A stretch of 38,324 nt of DNA from a virus (lineage: Duplodnaviria; Caudoviricetes), in IMG/VR virus record IMGVR_UViG_3300039918_000012, positions 1 to 38,324 of that record; one strand, given 5' to 3'. Of this stretch, positions 36,148-38,324 are shown piece after piece. The notes beneath the pieces were generated by a model. It was not told where the DNA came from and did no database searches. It was given only the letters and a program-made list of their open reading frames with translations. Positions within the stretch are counted from its first letter, which is position 1. Each line of letters opens with the position of its first letter. Made by a program: the position numbers and the translations under genes.

Positions 36148-36171
36148 AAGCGCCCGAAAGGGCGTTTTTTT
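36148..36171 (+). terminator. Intrinsic terminator at the end of the tail module
   Basis: AAGCGCCC-GAAA-GGGCGTTT followed by a T-tract. Confidence 0.75.
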
Positions 36172-36189
36172 ATGTCTGGAGAAAAGTAG

Positions 36190-36579
36190 ATGGCGGAACC
36201 TTTAAGCACCGCAGGGGCAGGGGCATTTTTTAAAATTTACGGAATGGCAGTCATGGTTATCTTGAGCGCCGCTCTGATTGCTTTGGTAGTCATGATGATA
36301 CGGATGCCCAAAACTCCACAGGAGTGGGCTGTTGGGCTTATCTGTACAGTTGTTTCAAGCATTGCTGGTGGATCATTTCTGATTGTGAAGTTTGGTTTGC
36401 ATGGCTGGATTAATGACATTTGGGGCGTTCTGGCGCTTGGCGGGTTCTTCTTTATATGTGGTTTACCTGGTTGGTTTTTGGTACGTCTTACAGCCAATTT
36501 CATGAATCAGCGTGAGTCAAAGAATATCGTTGAAGTTGTCAAAGAACTGAAAAAAGAAATTAAAGGCGGTGAACAATGA
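36190..36579 (+). CDS. Holin (3 predicted TM helices)
   Basis: Three hydrophobic segments, charged C-terminal tail, ATGA-coupled to the endolysin. Confidence 0.8.
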   Translation: MAEPLSTAGAGAFFKIYGMAVMVILSAALIALVVMMIRMPKTPQEWAVGLICTVVSSIAGGSFLIVKFGLHGWINDIWGVLALGGFFFICGLPGWFLVRLTANFMNQRESKNIVEVVKELKKEIKGGEQ

Positions 36580-37112
36580 ACAAGATAATCACAATTACAG
36601 CAGGGCACAGCAATATTGATCCAGGAGCAGTAAATGGCAAAATTAAAGAAGCTGACCTGGTGACTAATTTCAGGAATGCGGTTTCTTTTTATTTGCGTGA
36701 AGCTGGTGTCCAGGTCAAAAATGATGGTAGTGGATCGCAGAATGATCCGCTTTCATCGGCCATCAAGTTGATCAAAGGATCTAGTATTGCGGTTGAATTC
36801 CACATGAATGCAGCAACATCAAGACAGGCGAATGGCATTGAAACCATCGCACTACCCAAAGATAAGAAACTTGCTCAAGACTTATCCAAAGCTGTAGCTG
36901 ATGCATTGGGCAGTCGATTACGTGGTGACAACGGTTGGATTGATCAAAGTAAATCTGCGCGTGGCCGTCTTGCTTATGTGAATGCTGGTGGTTTGATTGT
37001 AGAGCTTGGCTTTATCTCCAATGAAGATGAACTTGCTCGATTTAATGCGCGTTACTGGTTGGCTGCTAAGGCTGTGGCTAAAGTTCTAATTGAATATGAA
37101 AAAGCCCGCTAA
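36576..37112 (+). CDS. Endolysin, N-acetylmuramoyl-L-alanine amidase (Amidase_3)
   Basis: TAGHS..DPGA...E, EFHMNA, IVELGFISN Zn-amidase motifs. Confidence 0.92.
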   Translation: MNKIITITAGHSNIDPGAVNGKIKEADLVTNFRNAVSFYLREAGVQVKNDGSGSQNDPLSSAIKLIKGSSIAVEFHMNAATSRQANGIETIALPKDKKLAQDLSKAVADALGSRLRGDNGWIDQSKSARGRLAYVNAGGLIVELGFISNEDELARFNARYWLAAKAVAKVLIEYEKAR

Positions 37113-37130
37113 ATTGTAAGCATTTTTAAA

Positions 37131-37170
37131 GGGACTACACTTGACTACAGTGGCGTATAACCTATTGATT
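37131..37170. promoter_or_regulatory. att arm: integrase arm-type repeats and IHF site
   Basis: GACTACA direct repeats at 37133 and 37143; TAACCTATTGATT (37158-37170) is the reverse complement of WATCAANNNNTTR. Confidence 0.6.
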
Positions 37171-37190
37171 TTTCTATGTGACCAACGTCC

Positions 37191-37235
37191 TTGACATCGT
37201 AGAGGTCTCCAGTTCGAGTCTGGATATACCTACCA
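37191..37235 (+). repeat. att core: 3' half of tRNA-Val(GAC), not an intact tRNA
   Basis: TTGACAT anticodon loop, CGTAG, T-arm TCCAG-TTCGAGT-CTGGA, acceptor strand TATACCT-A-CCA; no 5' acceptor strand or D-arm upstream. Confidence 0.88.
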
Positions 37236-37268
37236 AGATTAGATTATAGATGTATTTATATAGTCACT

Positions 37269-37304
37269 AAAAGCCCCTAAATTCAATAATTTAGGGGCTT
37301 TTTT
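37269..37304 (+). terminator. Hairpin/terminator downstream of the att core
   Basis: AAAAGCCCCTAAATT-CAAT-AATTTAGGGGCTTTT perfect inverted repeat. Confidence 0.75.
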
Positions 37305-37347
37305 ATATTCTAGGCATTTATATGGATCTGTATAGTACAGCCCTATT

Positions 37348-37394
37348 TGTATCAGCACGTGTATCACTGTTTAATAATCTAACTCGGTGATACA
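37348..37394. promoter_or_regulatory. Arm-type sites of the P4-like integrase
   Basis: TGTATCA at 37348 and 37360, and inverted TGATACA at 37388 just upstream of the int ATG. Confidence 0.6.
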
Positions 37395-37405
37395 AGGTAT
37401 AGGGC

Positions 37406-38324
37406 ATGTTACGGAAACATATAAAGAAACGACCACTCAGTGAAAAAACATTATCTTCATTAGTACCTGAGGAAAAAGACTATAGAGAACTCGACGGCGC
37501 TGGGTTATATTTTTTAGTCAAAAAATCAGGTGTTAAAAATTGGCAGTATCGTTACAAGAATTCTGAAGGTAAATGGGCTTGGATGGGTCTTGGTTCTTAC
37601 CCTCAAGTGAGTGCTCAACTTGCTCGTCAAAAAGCACGAGAATTTACTTCAGCTCTTTCTAAAGGTGAAAGCCTGAAGTCGAAGAAAGTACTGCTCGAGG
37701 AACGAAAAGAGCTTGAAAGCTTTTACTTTGAAAACCTAATGAGAGAGTGGTTGGACACTAAATCAAGTAAGTGGGGTGAGGCAACATACACGAAAGCTCA
37801 AAAATCTATTGAGAAGCACATTATTCCAGTATTTGGTCAAGGTAATTACAAAGAGATTACGCCAAAAGAGTGGTTTGATTTTTTCCAAGGACTACAACGT
37901 ACTTTAGGCATTCATACTCAGATTGAGAAATTGGTTTCATACGTACGTGGTTGCTATGACTGGGCAAAGTTTAAAGGCAAGATAAATTCAAATCCAATAG
38001 AAGGCATGAGCAAACATCTAGATGCCTACGAGTCAGGGAACATGGATTTCGTGACTGTTGATGAATTACCAGCTTTACTTAAGAAAATTCGTAATAATAA
38101 AAAGCGCGCCATCGGCATTGGTCTTGAGCTGCTTATGATGCTATTCCCACGTCCAGGTGAGTTAAGGATAGTAAAGTGGGAGCAATTCGATTTTAAAAAA
38201 GCCTTATGGACCAAACCTGCAGAAATGACCAAAACACGTCAGGAACATCAAGTCCCACTATCTAAGCAAGTCATTACATTACTCAAAGAGTTAAGATCCA
38301 TTCAGCCAGAGTCTGAGTTCTTGT
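37406..38324 (+). CDS. int: P4-family tyrosine integrase with arm-DNA-binding domain (3' truncated by the window end; absent from the ORF track)
   Basis: Translated by hand, open throughout: DGAGLYFLVKKSGVKNWQYRY, MGLGSYPQVS, FPRPGELR (catalytic Arg), WTKPAEMTKTRQEHQVPLSKQ. Confidence 0.93.
   Translation, partial: MLRKHIKKRPLSEKTLSSLVPEEKDYRELDGAGLYFLVKKSGVKNWQYRYKNSEGKWAWMGLGSYPQVSAQLARQKAREFTSALSKGESLKSKKVLLEERKELESFYFENLMREWLDTKSSKWGEATYTKAQKSIEKHIIPVFGQGNYKEITPKEWFDFFQGLQRTLGIHTQIEKLVSYVRGCYDWAKFKGKINSNPIEGMSKHLDAYESGNMDFVTVDELPALLKKIRNNKKRAIGIGLELLMMLFPRPGELRIVKWEQFDFKKALWTKPAEMTKTRQEHQVPLSKQVITLLKELRSIQPESEFL

Larger units (their letters stand above)
1..37235. mobile_element. Temperate siphovirus prophage (APSE-like PolA/SSB/Cas4-like/SNF2 replication module plus HK97-like head); left end and attL lie outside the window
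   Basis: Contiguous early, immunity, replication, packaging, head, tail and lysis modules, ending at a tRNA 3'-half att core. Confidence 0.95.

Noticed and set aside
37150-37235. Intact tRNA-Val gene
   Set aside because: Only the anticodon loop to CCA is present; upstream bases cannot form the 5' anticodon stem (CTACG), D-arm or acceptor strand, so it is an att duplicate
800-38232. Numerous 60-160-aa ORFs antisense to or nested in assigned genes (e.g. 1099..1491, 3558..4004, 12533..13000, 23787..24263, 38026..38232)
   Set aside because: Shadow ORFs of well-supported genes, with no motifs or RBS support

Overview
This window holds a nearly complete temperate siphovirus prophage, probably of an Acinetobacter-type host (inferred from gene families and the tRNA-Val remnant). 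Left to right: the 3' part of a PLD (HKD) nuclease-like cargo gene; a leftward early operon (excisionase-like HTH, SNF2 helicase, two paralogous HNH proteins, VRR-NUC, beta-clamp-like protein, family-A DNA polymerase, a c4-antisense-RNA-controlled Rha/antirepressor cassette, DUF2815 SSB, DUF2800 Cas4-like nuclease); an immunity region with an unusually built CI repressor, Cro and 17-bp palindromic operators; a rightward dNTP-diphosphohydrolase, primase-helicase, probable origin and Q-like antiterminator; an HK97-like head module in the order terL-protease-capsid-portal; a non-contractile tail module with a lambda-type G/GT frameshift and two morons; holin and amidase endolysin. The phage ends at a 45-bp 3' half of tRNA-Val(GAC), the att core at 37191-37235. 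A P4-type tyrosine integrase follows and runs off the window; it most likely belongs to a second, tandemly integrated element. All calls come from reading motifs by eye; no database search was run. I found no clear-cut new system. The best leads are the glycine-zipper CI repressor, the Zn-finger dNTP diphosphohydrolase, the HIRAN/secreted moron pair, the HNH triad and the PLD cargo.
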